This document shows positions 11,236 through 21,299 of a stretch of 64,000 bases of DNA, piece after piece. The position numbers and the translations under genes were made by a program. The notes below the pieces were generated by a model. The model was not told where the DNA came from and did no database searches. It was given only the letters and a program-made list of their open reading frames with translations. Origin of the DNA: Naegleria gruberi (taxonomy: Eukaryota); NCBI GenBank assembly GCA_000004985.1, contig GG738855.1. The stretch is one strand, 5' to 3'. Position 1 is the stretch's first letter; the number at the start of each line of letters is the position of its first letter.

Positions 11236-11475
11236 TTGAATCAACTCCACCAACCAAACAATTCAATCTTGGAAGAATTCCTTCCCATATTGGATAATGT
11301 TAAACTCAACAAGTGTCCTCCAAGACCTTCATCCAATATTTCTCATGAATATGGTTTGAAATTGGCAAGGGCTTATCTTGAATATGTCCAAGAATTGTAT
11401 GATCATTTCCCAGATAAATTCAAGAATAATGAAAAGAGAATGGAAACTTGGCAGAAATTCAAAAATGCATGTTGA
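11236..11475 (+). CDS. Small hypothetical ORF (79 aa)
   Basis: ATG-started ORF with ordinary codon usage and a weak LYR-like motif (LARAYLEY). It could instead be the 5' exon of the downstream HNH-like ORF through a weak donor. Unresolved. Confidence 0.25.
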   Translation: MNQLHQPNNSILEEFLPILDNVKLNKCPPRPSSNISHEYGLKLARAYLEYVQELYDHFPDKFKNNEKRMETWQKFKNAC

Positions 11476-11537
11476 ACACATATAATTTTATTTGATGAAA
11501 AACAACATTTTAGGTCGTAACTTTTTTAAGTGAAGTA

Positions 11538-12188
11538 TTGGAGAAGGATGATTTGTCAATCAAGTGCAATAGATGTCGTATTGAAATGGAACATTTACAT
11601 GAGGTTAATGCATTCACTCTTCATCATGTCATGTATAAGGATCACGACTTTACAAAGACATTTAGGAGTACAACAAAATTCATTCCCGAGTTCAAAAAGT
11701 TTGGTGCTGATTGGTTCAAGAAGAATGAAAAGTTGGAAGTATTGTGTAGACCTTGTCATGGTTTGGAACATGCAAGGAATGTTGAAGGTGGTTCTAATTG
11801 GCAATATTGTCATGAAAAGATGATCAACCTGATGGGAGGAAAATGTCAGGAATGTGGTCTGTCTTTTGAATCCAATTCAGAATTGGGAAAGATCTTTCAT
11901 GTGCATCACAAGAATAGGGATGGTGTGAAGAAGAGAGCCCAAGCAACAGAAGATATTGATGATGAAGAGAGGGAAATAGCCAATAATGTTAATGAGTACA
12001 AGTTAATTCTTGCAATGACTGAAGAACAACAATTAGAAAAGTTGAAGGAATTTGAATTGCTCTGTGATGGATGCCATTATTTTGAGCACATGGAAAAGCA
12101 TGCAAGATCGGAAGTTATTGATTTAGGAATGAAGGAGAGAATGATGAACTTGTTGAGTTTTCAGAGAGTATTGTCTATGGAAAAATAA
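11538..12188 (+). CDS. Tandem HNH-nuclease-like zinc-finger protein (two CxxC...HH...N...LCxxCH..EH modules)
   Basis: Module 1: CNRC...HHVMYKDHD...NEKLEVLCRPCHGLEHA. Module 2: CQECG...HVHHKNRD...EFELLCDGCHYFEHM. Each has the beta-beta-alpha-Me/HNH signature plus a flanking CxxC zinc site. The track start is a TTG; the first ATG is at 11586 (MEHLHEV). The frame is open upstream to an AG at 11513, so it could be an internal exon. Confidence 0.5.
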   Translation: MEKDDLSIKCNRCRIEMEHLHEVNAFTLHHVMYKDHDFTKTFRSTTKFIPEFKKFGADWFKKNEKLEVLCRPCHGLEHARNVEGGSNWQYCHEKMINLMGGKCQECGLSFESNSELGKIFHVHHKNRDGVKKRAQATEDIDDEEREIANNVNEYKLILAMTEEQQLEKLKEFELLCDGCHYFEHMEKHARSEVIDLGMKERMMNLLSFQRVLSMEK

Positions 12189-12849
12189 GCAGCCAGGGTT
12201 TTGCACAACAAAGCACATTGTACAATTGCACACTGATTGGTTTTGCTAAATTAATTGCAGATATTTTTTGAAAATAATAAAATAAATTGGTTAATTAAAA
12301 AATATAATAAGCTTTTCTGTAAAATTTTTCAACCATTAATAGACTTTATAACCAAGCAAACGATTACTTTACAACAGTCAAATGAAAACATGAAAATGTG
12401 AAAATGAAAATTTTTGTTTGTTGAAAATGAATATTATCCATTTTGCAATCGAATTAGTAATTGCGGATCCGTAATTAGACCTCACTTGCCAGGTTTGCCT
12501 GTTGTGTCTTTAAGCAATGGAGTACACTACAATTTCCTTTTTGCTTTAAATTTTAATCTCAAAACGTGGCATCTTAAATATTTCGAATTTACAAGAATTT
12601 ACAAGAATTACACGTTTGGTACTGAATGACAACTTGAAAATTTTTAAAAAATCGGAATTAATTTCCGAAAAGAAAAATTCAAGCCAAAAACCTATCGACA
12701 CTTTAGAACAGCTCGTTCTCGATAACTACTTGGAGATGGAAGGTAATATTTCAGATATAGGTAGCACAGCATGTGAATGTGAAGATATAGAAAGTTGAAA
12801 GATCGAAAAAGTAAAAGGATGGTGAAAATAGCAAAAGATTAAAATTCAA

Positions 12850-12921
12850 ATGGCTATTGAGGGGATTGAACCCTCGACCTTCTCCTTACGAGAGAGAAGC
12901 TCTACCACTGAGCTAAACAGC
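12850..12921 (-). tRNA. tRNA-Thr (anticodon CGU), 72 nt, no intron
   Basis: Minus-strand GGCTGTTTAGCTCAGTGGTAGAGCTTCTCTCTCGTAAGGAGAAGGTCGAGGGTTCAATCCCCTCAATAGCCA. The 7-bp acceptor stem has one G-U pair. D arm GCTC/GAGC. Anticodon loop CTCGTAA reads anticodon CGT. T arm GAGGG-TTCAATC-CCCTC. Discriminator A. Box A (TAGCTCAGTGG) and box B (GGTTCAATCC) are present. Confidence 0.9.
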
Positions 12922-13393
12922 CTGTGGTGATTTATTAAAAAAATTGAATTTCACTTTACCTCATTGATAGGATGAAAAATATTGACTAATAAAATTATTT
13001 TCAAATTCTAGCTTGGAATAAAAATGTTTTTCCCACTCTAGTTTTTTATTACAATACGCTATACATGTTCGTATACGTGAAAATTCTCTAGACTTGTCGT
13101 CAGTTTTTTAATTTACTTTTGAAAACACTGTAGTGTAACTAGTCTTTTATTTGTTGGAGTGAATTAATGAAAATTGAAATTAAAGTACATTAATACACAA
13201 TTTATATTAACGTTTAATATCTTATAAAATTGAATTCTTCTAAATCCTAATATTAAAAATTACGTTGTGGGCAACAACAAAAGCACATTTCATTCTTTTT
13301 CATGAAAGTTGTAATCTAAAGCTCCATACTATTCAACATGACAACTCCGAAATATCAATAATATAATCATCATTTAAAAAATCAAAAAAAAAA

Positions 13394-14597
13394 ATGCTAC
13401 TCCATCCACGTACATTTATTCTCATCCTTGCCATTCTCTTTTGTGGATGTAATACATTGATTATCAACGGAGCCGAGCTCGGCTTCAAGTTGAAACACAA
13501 TATTAAATTATTAAAAACCAATGATCGTCCAATTATAGGAATTATTGCACAACCAACAGGACGTACATTGAGTAGATATGGTAACACCTATATTGCTGCA
13601 TCCTATGTTAAATATGTTGAATCTGGTGGTGCTCGTGTTGTTCCAATTCCATATAATTTACCTGAAAGTCAATTACGTACATTATTTGAATCTTTGAATG
13701 GTGTTGTTTTTCCAGGAGGTAAATATTAATAATTTGAAATTTCATGATGTGAATAATTGAATATTTATATTGATGATGATGATCAATGAAATTTATGAAT
13801 GAAATTTATATTGAATATTTAAATTGGAATTTAATATATGAAAATATATGAAATTCATAAATGAAAATACATGATTTGTATAATGAAAATATATAGGTGG
13901 TACCGATTTAACCAATAATGATGGTTCTTGGACTCCATATTTAAAAACTTTAGGATTATTTGTCAAGTGGTCAATGGAATCCTATGATAAAAATCAAGAT
14001 TCCTTCCCAATTTGGGGAACTTGTTTGGGAATGCAATCCTTGACAATTATCTTGTCTGGTGATTCTAACATTCTTGCTGGTGGATTTGATAGTTATAACA
14101 TTTCAATGCCATTGAATTTTACAAATTCAATTCCAGACACTAAAAAGATGAGTAGAATTTTCAATAATTGTCCAATTTCATACATGAATACTTTGGCAAC
14201 TCAACCTGTCACTCTTAATAATCATCATTATGGTGTTCCTATTCCATCTTGGATGACCAATCAAAAGCTCACTTCTGAAAATTTACTTTTAGCAATTAAT
14301 AAGGATAGAAATGGAAAGGGATTTATTTCACTTTATGAAAACAAGAGATATCCAATCTATGCCAGTCAATTCCATCCAGAAAAAATTGCCTTTGAATGGT
14401 GTCATGAAGATATCGATCATTCATTTGATAGTTTACAAGCTAACATGTACTTTTCTCAATTCTTTGTCAATGAAGCTAGAAAGAGTCAACACAAATTCCA
14501 AAATGAACAAAGTGAACTTGCCTCATTGATTTACAATTACAATCCAGTTTACACTTATCCAGTTGAACCAGATTTTGCTCAATGTTATTTCTTTTAA
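13394..14597 (+). CDS. GGH: Gamma-glutamyl hydrolase (folylpolyglutamate hydrolase), 2 exons join(13394..13718,13897..14597), secreted/lysosomal
   Basis: Signal-peptide-like N-terminus. Exon 1 ends G|GTAAAT (phase 1). The 178-nt AT-rich intron ends atatAG. The joined protein (...VVFPGGGTDL..., PIWGTCLGMQSL, QFHPEK, FFVNEARKSQHKF, YPVEPDFAQCYFF) aligns end to end with GGH, including the catalytic Cys (WGTCLG) and His (FHPEK). Confidence 0.9.
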
Positions 14598-14810
14598 ATT
14601 ATTTAATTGTATATATTATGAGTTTCATTTATAAAATTCAATAAAGAAATTGATAATTTTAACAAATACTTTATTGCACTCTCTGACATTTTCAGATGAT
14701 GAAAATGTAAAATTGAATAATGAAATGAAAATTCAATTGTTTGTCTCGAATGGTTGAATATTCGGAATTTACAGTTTTCAATATAATAGAAATTACTTTA
14801 CAATTTTTAT

Positions 14811-15341
14811 TTACACATTTTCGTTAGGTTTCTTTATTTCCTCAGTAATGAAATAGTCCAAAATCCATTCATACAAAATTTCAAACAGAAATTCATAAAT
14901 AGTTCTACCAAACAATGTAACAGCAATCACAATAGAACCTCTAGAAATCCATGAATTCTTTGGTTGTGTTATAACATCCAATGTAATTAGTCCTCCCATC
15001 ACAATTAATAAAAACAATGAATAAACAACACGTCCAATCTTTTTAGCCAATTCAATCTTTTTTGCTTTTGTGGTGAGTGGAGGTTTTGTTGGATGGTGGT
15101 GGTGATGATGATGGTGGTGTTGTTTTGGTGTTGATGCACCATCTACTAGTTCGGAATCTCCAAAATATTTTCTATTAGATAATGGAGTAGGAATTCCATT
15201 GATTTGCTGGTGCTGCTGTTCATCTAATGTTGTTGTTGTTGATAGTGATGACATTTTACCTCTGCTCATTGATGATGTTAATAAGGGTACCTGGCTCTTG
15301 GTTGTTAAAGATGATCTGTCCTCTAGTTCTTGTTCAAACAT
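14811..15341 (-). CDS. Small membrane protein with a His9 tract and two predicted TM helices
   Basis: A 176-aa ORF with an S/T-rich N-terminal half, HHHHHHHHH, then LFLLIVMGGLITLDVI and SIVIAVTLFGRTIYEFLF hydrophobic segments. No family recognised. Confidence 0.4.
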   Translation of the reverse strand: MFEQELEDRSSLTTKSQVPLLTSSMSRGKMSSLSTTTTLDEQQHQQINGIPTPLSNRKYFGDSELVDGASTPKQHHHHHHHHHPTKPPLTTKAKKIELAKKIGRVVYSLFLLIVMGGLITLDVITQPKNSWISRGSIVIAVTLFGRTIYEFLFEILYEWILDYFITEEIKKPNENV

Positions 15342-15453
15342 TTTTTTTTGAGAGTGGAAAATAGTTGAGGTTTTTTATTATCGTTTCCATAAAAGATACT
15401 TTAATAGTTGAGTGAACTATTTTAGATAAAATTAAAATTTCACTCTTGATTTT

Positions 15454-18400
15454 TTATTTCTTCTTGTTGAGTCTGGATAATTCCTTCTTGTAATTTTCAA
15501 CCTTGAGCTTTTCTTCATTGTAATTCTTTGTAATTTTGGCTTTGGAATCTTCAGCGAGGGCTAATTGCTTCTTTAACTTTTCAACTTCTGCCATTACTTG
15601 AGCTGCATTTCCACTCTTCAAAATGTTGAGCTGATCCATCAATTTGGAAATGTTTTCTCTCAAATCATTTACCTCAATATCTTTCTTGACAATTATTGTT
15701 TTCAATTCCTCAACTTCTTGAGATGATGTTTCCTTAACAATAATTGGTTCCACAACTGCCTTCTTAGATTCTTCCAGTTCAATATTCATCTTTTCCAAAA
15801 TTGAAACCTTAAGTGAGAGGTCTTGTACAACCTTCATTTGTTCATTGATTTCTTCCTTATCCTTTACAGATGAATTTTCGGCTGAGCTAACTTTGTCTGT
15901 CAAGTTCTTAATTGTTGCTTCCAAAGCATCAATCTTCTTCTTACTTTCAGTTCTTTCAGCATTTTGTTTTTCCTTAGCTTCCTTGAGAGCCTTTTCTTTG
16001 GCACTTTTCTCCTTGTCCAATTGTTGGTTGAGTGAGGATTGAGACTTTTCCAGAGATTCAATTCTTTTAGTAAATGAAGATACATCCTTTGAGTCTTTTG
16101 ATTTCGAGCAAACTAGATCGAAATCTGCTCTCAACTTTTCAAATTCTGATTGTCTCTTTGATAATTCGCTCATTAATTTTTCCACTCTATTATTCACTTC
16201 TGTCAATTCTGATGATTGTTTTTCTGCTTGTTGAGATTTTTGTTTGAGTTGATTTTCAATTTCTTCTCTTTCTGCCTGCATTTCCTTAATACGGGCTTCA
16301 AAAGATTCCTTGATTGAAGAAGTGTCTTGTTCGGACAATTGTTTTTCTAGAAGTTCAACCTTCGTTTGAGATTGTTCCCTTTCTGTTGCAGAAACTTCTT
16401 GCAACTCTTTAAGGGTTTGTTGAGCCTTTGTTAATTGCAATTGAATATCATCTCTTTCCTTTAAATTTTGTACAGTATCGGAAGCCTTTGATTGAATCAA
16501 TTCGAGTATCTTGGCGTCCTTTTCTTTTACAATCTTGGTTAATTCTTGATTGGAGTGTTTGAATTGCTCCATCATCTTTCTAACCTCATCAACTTCAGAC
16601 ATGGCAGTGTTCATAACAGTCTTCATTTGAGCCTGTTGTTCAGCCACCTTCTTGTGTTTTTCAATCTCTTCTTGGAAAGATTTGATTTGTTGTTTCAACT
16701 CAATATTCTCGGAAGCAACAACTTTGCTCTCGGAATCTTTGTTATCATCTTGTTTAAGAATTTCAATTTCTTCTTGGAGTGTTGTAATAGTGTTCTTGAG
16801 CTCTTGATTTTCAGTTGAAGCCTTCTCCGTTAATTCCTTTAATATGTTGCTTGTTTCTTGGAGAGAATGTTCTAATTTGGTGATCATCTCTGTAGATTTC
16901 TCCTTCTCCCTTGAAAGAGTGGTTAAGGTTTCATTCAACTTTTGCATTTCTCTATAATGTTCTTCTCCCTTTTCCTTGGCAGCAATCAATTCCTTTGTTA
17001 ATGTTGCAACAGTTTCACTTCCCAGAGCAACCTCTTTCTTTAATTTTTCAACTTCACTCATAGTGGAATTAAGAGCATCTTCCTTCTTTTTACGTTGATC
17101 ATTAATTGAAGAAATGGTTTCATCTCTTTTTTGTAAATCTGATTTGAGTGCTTCTACCGTTTGATTCAACTTTTGGATCTGTGATTCCTTTTCTTTGGTG
17201 GTTTTTTGAGTGGTTGTAAGTTTGTCAGTGCATTCTTTTAATTGCTTCTTTCCAGCATCAACATCTACTCTCATTTGATTAATTTCAAAGTTTCTTGTCT
17301 TGAGCTCTGACTTGAGCATTTTGATATTTTCAATATCGTTCTTGTGTTGCTCTCTTTCCTTTTGTAATGTTTCAATGACTTGCTCGTTGTTCTTCAACAC
17401 TTCATTACTTTCATAAATTATCCTTTCTTGTTCTTCCAATGTATTGGTTAATGACAACAATTGGTTCTTTAAACCTTCGGATTCTAAAACCAAACTTTCG
17501 ATAGCTTCTTCCTTTGCATGAATCAAATCCTTATTATCAGAAATTACCTTATCCTTACTCTCAGATTCCGTCTTTGTTTGTTGTAAAGCCTGAATGTTTT
17601 TAGCAATTATTTCCTCTTTTTCTGCAATCTCCTTTTCCAGTTCCTTGTTTCTTGTTTGGTTTGTTTCATCTTGGGAAGAAAGCTTGGTAACTTCAACAAG
17701 CAAGCATTCACTCTTTCTCTTTTCCTCATCCCTTTCATGCTTGATATGTTCAACCTCTTTGGAAATTTCCTTGAATTTGCGAGAGGTTTCTTCAATCTCC
17801 TTGTTCAAGTCGAGATTACAATTTCTGAGCAATTCATCTTTCTGTAACAACTCCTTCTTAGTGTCATCAAGTTGTTTCTTTAATTGTTCAACAACTTCAG
17901 TAGAAGGAGATGGAGAAGTAGCTGGAACAAATGATTGAATCTTTGCCAATAATTCTTCTTTTTCCTTCAAAAGTTTAGCAATTTCCTTGGCATCTCTTTG
18001 TTTGGCTTGAGTGAGTTTTTCAACTTCCTTAGTCTTCTCAAGAACGGATCTTTCCTTTGCGATAACGGTATCCTTCAATGTGGTAATTTCCTTAGTTTTA
18101 GAGGAGACTTGTTTTTCAAGGGAAGCAAATTTAGTCTCTGTTTCGGATTTGATATTTCTCAGCTTTTCAAGCTCCACCTTCATGTTTGATACTTCATTAA
18201 CAAACTGTTCTCTTTCTTCTTTGAGTTGTTTCTTGTCTTCCTTAATTATCTTTGATTCCTTCTTTTGGCTTGTAAGGGCATTGTTCAAATCAAGCTTTTC
18301 CTTCATCAAGGTAGCAATTCTGGAATCTTTCTCTGTTATTTCCTTTTGCAATGTTGCAATTTCTTCCTTTTGTTGATCTTTGATTTTCTCCATGTTGGAC

Positions 18401-18720
18401 AATTTAGATTGAATACTCTTGTTTTCCTTTTCCACAGCCTTTATGCGTTCTGCTTGTTCTTCAAGTTTTCTCTTTGAGGCTTCCTTTTCGGATTTCAGAC
18501 TGAAAACTACTCCCAAAAGAATAGCAATACAAGTAGTCAATATAATTGATTGGTATGAAAGACTACTACTAATAGTATCAAGCAGGAAATTACTACTTGG
18601 TGCACAATAGACCGAAGAAGAAAACAACATTGCTAGGGTCAATGATTTAAGACCCAAGTAGGAAGAATGGTTTACCAAGTTCATATTTTCTATATTGTTG
18701 TTGGTGTTTAAATTAAACAA
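15454..18720 (-). CDS. Giant coiled-coil protein (1088 aa) with N-terminal hydrophobic anchor (kinectin/golgin-like)
   Basis: One uninterrupted ORF. The N-terminus has hydrophobic stretches (LTLAMLFSSSVYC, IILTTCIAILLGVVF), followed by about 1000 aa of E/K/L/Q-rich heptad repeats. Many short antisense ORFs in the track are low-complexity artefacts of this gene. A palindromic TTTGGCGCCAAT element lies in its promoter (18831..18842). Confidence 0.7.
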   Translation of the reverse strand: MFNLNTNNNIENMNLVNHSSYLGLKSLTLAMLFSSSVYCAPSSNFLLDTISSSLSYQSIILTTCIAILLGVVFSLKSEKEASKRKLEEQAERIKAVEKENKSIQSKLSNMEKIKDQQKEEIATLQKEITEKDSRIATLMKEKLDLNNALTSQKKESKIIKEDKKQLKEEREQFVNEVSNMKVELEKLRNIKSETETKFASLEKQVSSKTKEITTLKDTVIAKERSVLEKTKEVEKLTQAKQRDAKEIAKLLKEKEELLAKIQSFVPATSPSPSTEVVEQLKKQLDDTKKELLQKDELLRNCNLDLNKEIEETSRKFKEISKEVEHIKHERDEEKRKSECLLVEVTKLSSQDETNQTRNKELEKEIAEKEEIIAKNIQALQQTKTESESKDKVISDNKDLIHAKEEAIESLVLESEGLKNQLLSLTNTLEEQERIIYESNEVLKNNEQVIETLQKEREQHKNDIENIKMLKSELKTRNFEINQMRVDVDAGKKQLKECTDKLTTTQKTTKEKESQIQKLNQTVEALKSDLQKRDETISSINDQRKKKEDALNSTMSEVEKLKKEVALGSETVATLTKELIAAKEKGEEHYREMQKLNETLTTLSREKEKSTEMITKLEHSLQETSNILKELTEKASTENQELKNTITTLQEEIEILKQDDNKDSESKVVASENIELKQQIKSFQEEIEKHKKVAEQQAQMKTVMNTAMSEVDEVRKMMEQFKHSNQELTKIVKEKDAKILELIQSKASDTVQNLKERDDIQLQLTKAQQTLKELQEVSATEREQSQTKVELLEKQLSEQDTSSIKESFEARIKEMQAEREEIENQLKQKSQQAEKQSSELTEVNNRVEKLMSELSKRQSEFEKLRADFDLVCSKSKDSKDVSSFTKRIESLEKSQSSLNQQLDKEKSAKEKALKEAKEKQNAERTESKKKIDALEATIKNLTDKVSSAENSSVKDKEEINEQMKVVQDLSLKVSILEKMNIELEESKKAVVEPIIVKETSSQEVEELKTIIVKKDIEVNDLRENISKLMDQLNILKSGNAAQVMAEVEKLKKQLALAEDSKAKITKNYNEEKLKVENYKKELSRLNKKK

Positions 18721-18830
18721 GGAATATTTTCAATTTGCTTTAGCAAGTGTTGCAATGTAAGGTTATTGTTGGTATGCTAATTTTTTTTGTTTGCAATTTC
18801 TGTGTGTTTTTATTGAGGAAGTAATTCAAA

Positions 18831-18842
18831 TTTGGCGCCAAT
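18831..18842. promoter_or_regulatory. Palindromic E2F-like element TTTGGCGCCAAT
   Basis: GC hexamer GGCGCC flanked by T3/A2 in an AT-rich intergenic region, 111 nt upstream of the coiled-coil gene start (18720, minus strand). Confidence 0.4.
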
Positions 18843-18850
18843 AGAACTCT

Positions 18851-20116
18851 TTATTGTCCATTGTTTGGGTGGTATGTAAACGACTTGTCATTCTCCAAAA
18901 GAAGATCTAAAAAGAGTGCATCCAATTCATCAGTGATAGCTTGGTCATGTTGAGCCCATCTATCTTTGGAATGTTTAACAAATAGTGAACTACAAACAGC
19001 ATTAACTCTATTCAATTCATAAACAATCCATGATTCAACTCGTTGTCCAAAATGTAATGAAGATAATGGAACATTTGGTACTTGTTGCCTTAACAAATAT
19101 AATTCCTCAATTTCTTTTTCAATTTCAATTGTTCTCAGTGCTTTAACAGTATCAAATAATCTTCTAAAATTCAAAATTATTATATTTTCTAATGGTTCAG
19201 CAACATCAGCGTGGTTAGTATTGATTAAATACTTCCATTCCAAAATATTTACACTCAATAGTGTTTGAATAATGAATAGAGTCTTTTTCACATCCAAAAC
19301 ATCTCGTTGTGATGTAGGTGGTTTGTCCTTGCTATCCAAAATATTGTGATAATTCTTTTTTGCAGTATTAAGTTTTGCATACGCCACTGTATAAGGACTT
19401 CCATGAATAATTTTAGCAGCTACATTCTTCAATCTGTCAATATTATTAGTTCGAGAAACGAGCACTCTTTCGGAGGCAAGCCATTCAAGAATTGAAGAAT
19501 TACCAGACCAAATGAATGAAAAAGATCTACGTAACTCCCATCCCAGTATATCAACGCATCGGATTGGATTCACATTACATTTAAAAATGTTTTGAATTGA
19601 TGTAGGAATTTTGCTCTTTTCTCCTCCTCTATAAGTTGCAAGCATATTCCTCAATTTTAAATAATCTCTCAATGATGATGAATACACAAAACGAATATCA
19701 AAATCGGAAAGTGATTCACAATGATATCCATATGAGTGACTTCCTGTCTCGACACAATATAAAATCTTTACATTGTTCTTTCTTTCATATTCTTGCAGTT
19801 TTTCTTGAATAGCCATTGGAATTTCCATAGGAACATAATTATAATATGAAGACATGGTAGATGGTAATTTTTCCAAACTTAAATTATTATTATTACTAAT
19901 GGGAGATGTATTATTTGTAATTGGGCTTGTATTCATAGTACTATTCGATGAAGATGATACTTGTTTTTTCGGATTATGAACAACTTTTCTTGAGTGTTGT
20001 TGTTGTTGTTGTTGTTGAGTAGAATGATGGTAAGCATATACTGGTAGAGTAGTCTTCATCATCATCATGGGATGAAGTGTCTTTCGGAAACGAAGAAGAT
20101 TACTCTGCATCATCAT
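18851..20116 (-). CDS. Pol-beta-superfamily nucleotidyltransferase-like protein (GS-x9-SDxD motif; possibly PF10127/RlaP-like)
   Basis: ILYCVETGSHSYGYHCESLSDFDIRFVY matches the hG[GS]x9-13Dh[DE]h minimal NTase fold motif. A helical C-terminal domain of about 250 aa follows. The N-terminus has poly-M/poly-Q (MMMM, QQQQQQQ) and an S/N-rich linker. The true start may be an internal Met. Confidence 0.55.
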   Translation of the reverse strand: MMMQSNLLRFRKTLHPMMMMKTTLPVYAYHHSTQQQQQQQHSRKVVHNPKKQVSSSSNSTMNTSPITNNTSPISNNNNLSLEKLPSTMSSYYNYVPMEIPMAIQEKLQEYERKNNVKILYCVETGSHSYGYHCESLSDFDIRFVYSSSLRDYLKLRNMLATYRGGEKSKIPTSIQNIFKCNVNPIRCVDILGWELRRSFSFIWSGNSSILEWLASERVLVSRTNNIDRLKNVAAKIIHGSPYTVAYAKLNTAKKNYHNILDSKDKPPTSQRDVLDVKKTLFIIQTLLSVNILEWKYLINTNHADVAEPLENIIILNFRRLFDTVKALRTIEIEKEIEELYLLRQQVPNVPLSSLHFGQRVESWIVYELNRVNAVCSSLFVKHSKDRWAQHDQAITDELDALFLDLLLENDKSFTYHPNNGQ

Positions 20117-20341
20117 CAGTCCTATGGATTTAAAATATTTTCTTTTTAATTTTTATTGCAATATTTAAAAAATTCATTTTCTAATTTTTTCAAGTGGCAT
20201 GAAATCAATTTTTCTTTTAATTTGCTTATTCTTCAATTATTTTGAAAAAGACTCACAGTAGAGAATCAAAGAATAATAAGCTTTTTATTTTGATAATGGA
20301 CTTGTGAAATATCTAGTCACTTTCGAATAACATATAAAAAA

Positions 20342-21232
20342 ATGACAACTCCTGCTACTCCTCGAACAGCAGTGAACCAACCACATTATCGTTCAACGTC
20401 ACGTCTTCGTCAGAAGGAAGCCACTCCGATAGAATTTTATCAAACTCTCGATCTGATCAATTCCTTTACTATTCAGACAATTTCTCTGCTCAACCATTTT
20501 TCTCTCCAATGTGAAACTAAACTAAACCGTGTGGAACATGATTTACATCGTGTTGAAATTACACTCTCCCTCTTGGAAAGTAAATTAAAATCTGTTGATG
20601 GAATGGAAAGCAAAATGAAAGAATTCGAATCTTCATCCACCACTGTCTCTAATCCAACAATAACAACAACAATGGAAACAACAACAACAAATTCATCAGG
20701 AGTTCCTCCTCCACCTTCATCAGCTTCTGGCTTTGTCCCTCCTCCACCTGGATCTTCTGGTTTTGTTCCTCCACCTCCAGGTTCGGCTGGTTTCGTCCCA
20801 CCTCCACCATCATCAGCTGGTTTTGTTCCTCCACCTCCTTCAATGTCTTCTTCAGGTAGTATGGGTATTCCACCTCCTCCAGTCATGATGATGAGTGGAA
20901 TGGTTCCTCCTCTCCCTCTAGCAACAACAAATAATTATTCGACAGCAACATCACCTGTAGAGAGTGAAGCTCATAATGATGATGCTGGTAATGTACTCGG
21001 AGAGAATATGTACACTTGTGAAACAGATCCAAGATTGGCCAGATATTTCAGATTATTCTACAAAGTGGGAGCTCCAAGACAACAACTTGAAATGGATATT
21101 AAGAGAGATTTAGGATTGACTGATTCCAGTTTTTTAGATACACCTACTGCTCCATCTCCATTAGGACCATATATTCCACCTCCAGCTGAAAGTGAGAGTG
21201 AAGAAGAGGAAGAAGAGGAAGAAGATAATTGA
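20342..21232 (+). CDS. CCDC53: WASH complex subunit 3 (CCDC53) homolog
   Basis: N-terminal coiled coil FYQTLDLINSFTIQTISLLNHFSLQCETKLNRVEHDLHRVEITLSLLESKLKSV parallels CCDC53 (FLNQFVVHTVQFLNRFSTVCEEKL...IETTLNILDAKLSS). Five tandem SGFVPPPPG repeats. C-terminal DPRLARYFRLFYKVGAPRQQLEMDIKRDLGLTDSSFLDTPTAP plus an acidic tail, as in CCDC53 (DPRYARYLKMVQVGVP...LLERPDAP). Confidence 0.8.
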   Translation: MTTPATPRTAVNQPHYRSTSRLRQKEATPIEFYQTLDLINSFTIQTISLLNHFSLQCETKLNRVEHDLHRVEITLSLLESKLKSVDGMESKMKEFESSSTTVSNPTITTTMETTTTNSSGVPPPPSSASGFVPPPPGSSGFVPPPPGSAGFVPPPPSSAGFVPPPPSMSSSGSMGIPPPPVMMMSGMVPPLPLATTNNYSTATSPVESEAHNDDAGNVLGENMYTCETDPRLARYFRLFYKVGAPRQQLEMDIKRDLGLTDSSFLDTPTAPSPLGPYIPPPAESESEEEEEEEEDN

Positions 21233-21299
21233 AATAATTGTAAATTTTGTAAATTTAAAGATAATTTTTGTAATGATTTAATAATATTTAATAAATAAT

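Noticed and set aside
12414-12798. Small ORFs 12414..12629 and 12616..12798 between the HNH-like ORF and the tRNA
   Set aside because: Short and AT-rich, with no recognisable domain. This region looks like tRNA-flanking intergenic DNA. Listed only for completeness.
13725-13896. AT-rich internally repetitive block (GAAATTTAT/ATGAAAATAT motifs) that could be mistaken for a microsatellite or CRISPR-like array
   Set aside because: It lies wholly within the GT...AG intron of the gamma-glutamyl hydrolase gene. The repeats are imperfect and there are no spacers. No CRISPR arrays exist in this eukaryotic window.
15845-18610. About ten short ORFs on the + strand (15845..16042, 16546..16818, 17594..17938, 18011..18376 and others), plus minus-strand ones in other frames inside 15454..18720
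   Set aside because: All are antisense or out-of-frame to the 1088-aa coiled-coil gene. Their sequences are F/L/S-rich mirror images of its E/K/L-rich repeats, so they are low-complexity artefacts.
20473-20886. Minus-strand Gly-rich ORFs (GGGGTKP repeats) opposite the CCDC53 gene
   Set aside because: Reverse complement of the proline-rich SGFVPPPPG coding repeats; no independent evidence.
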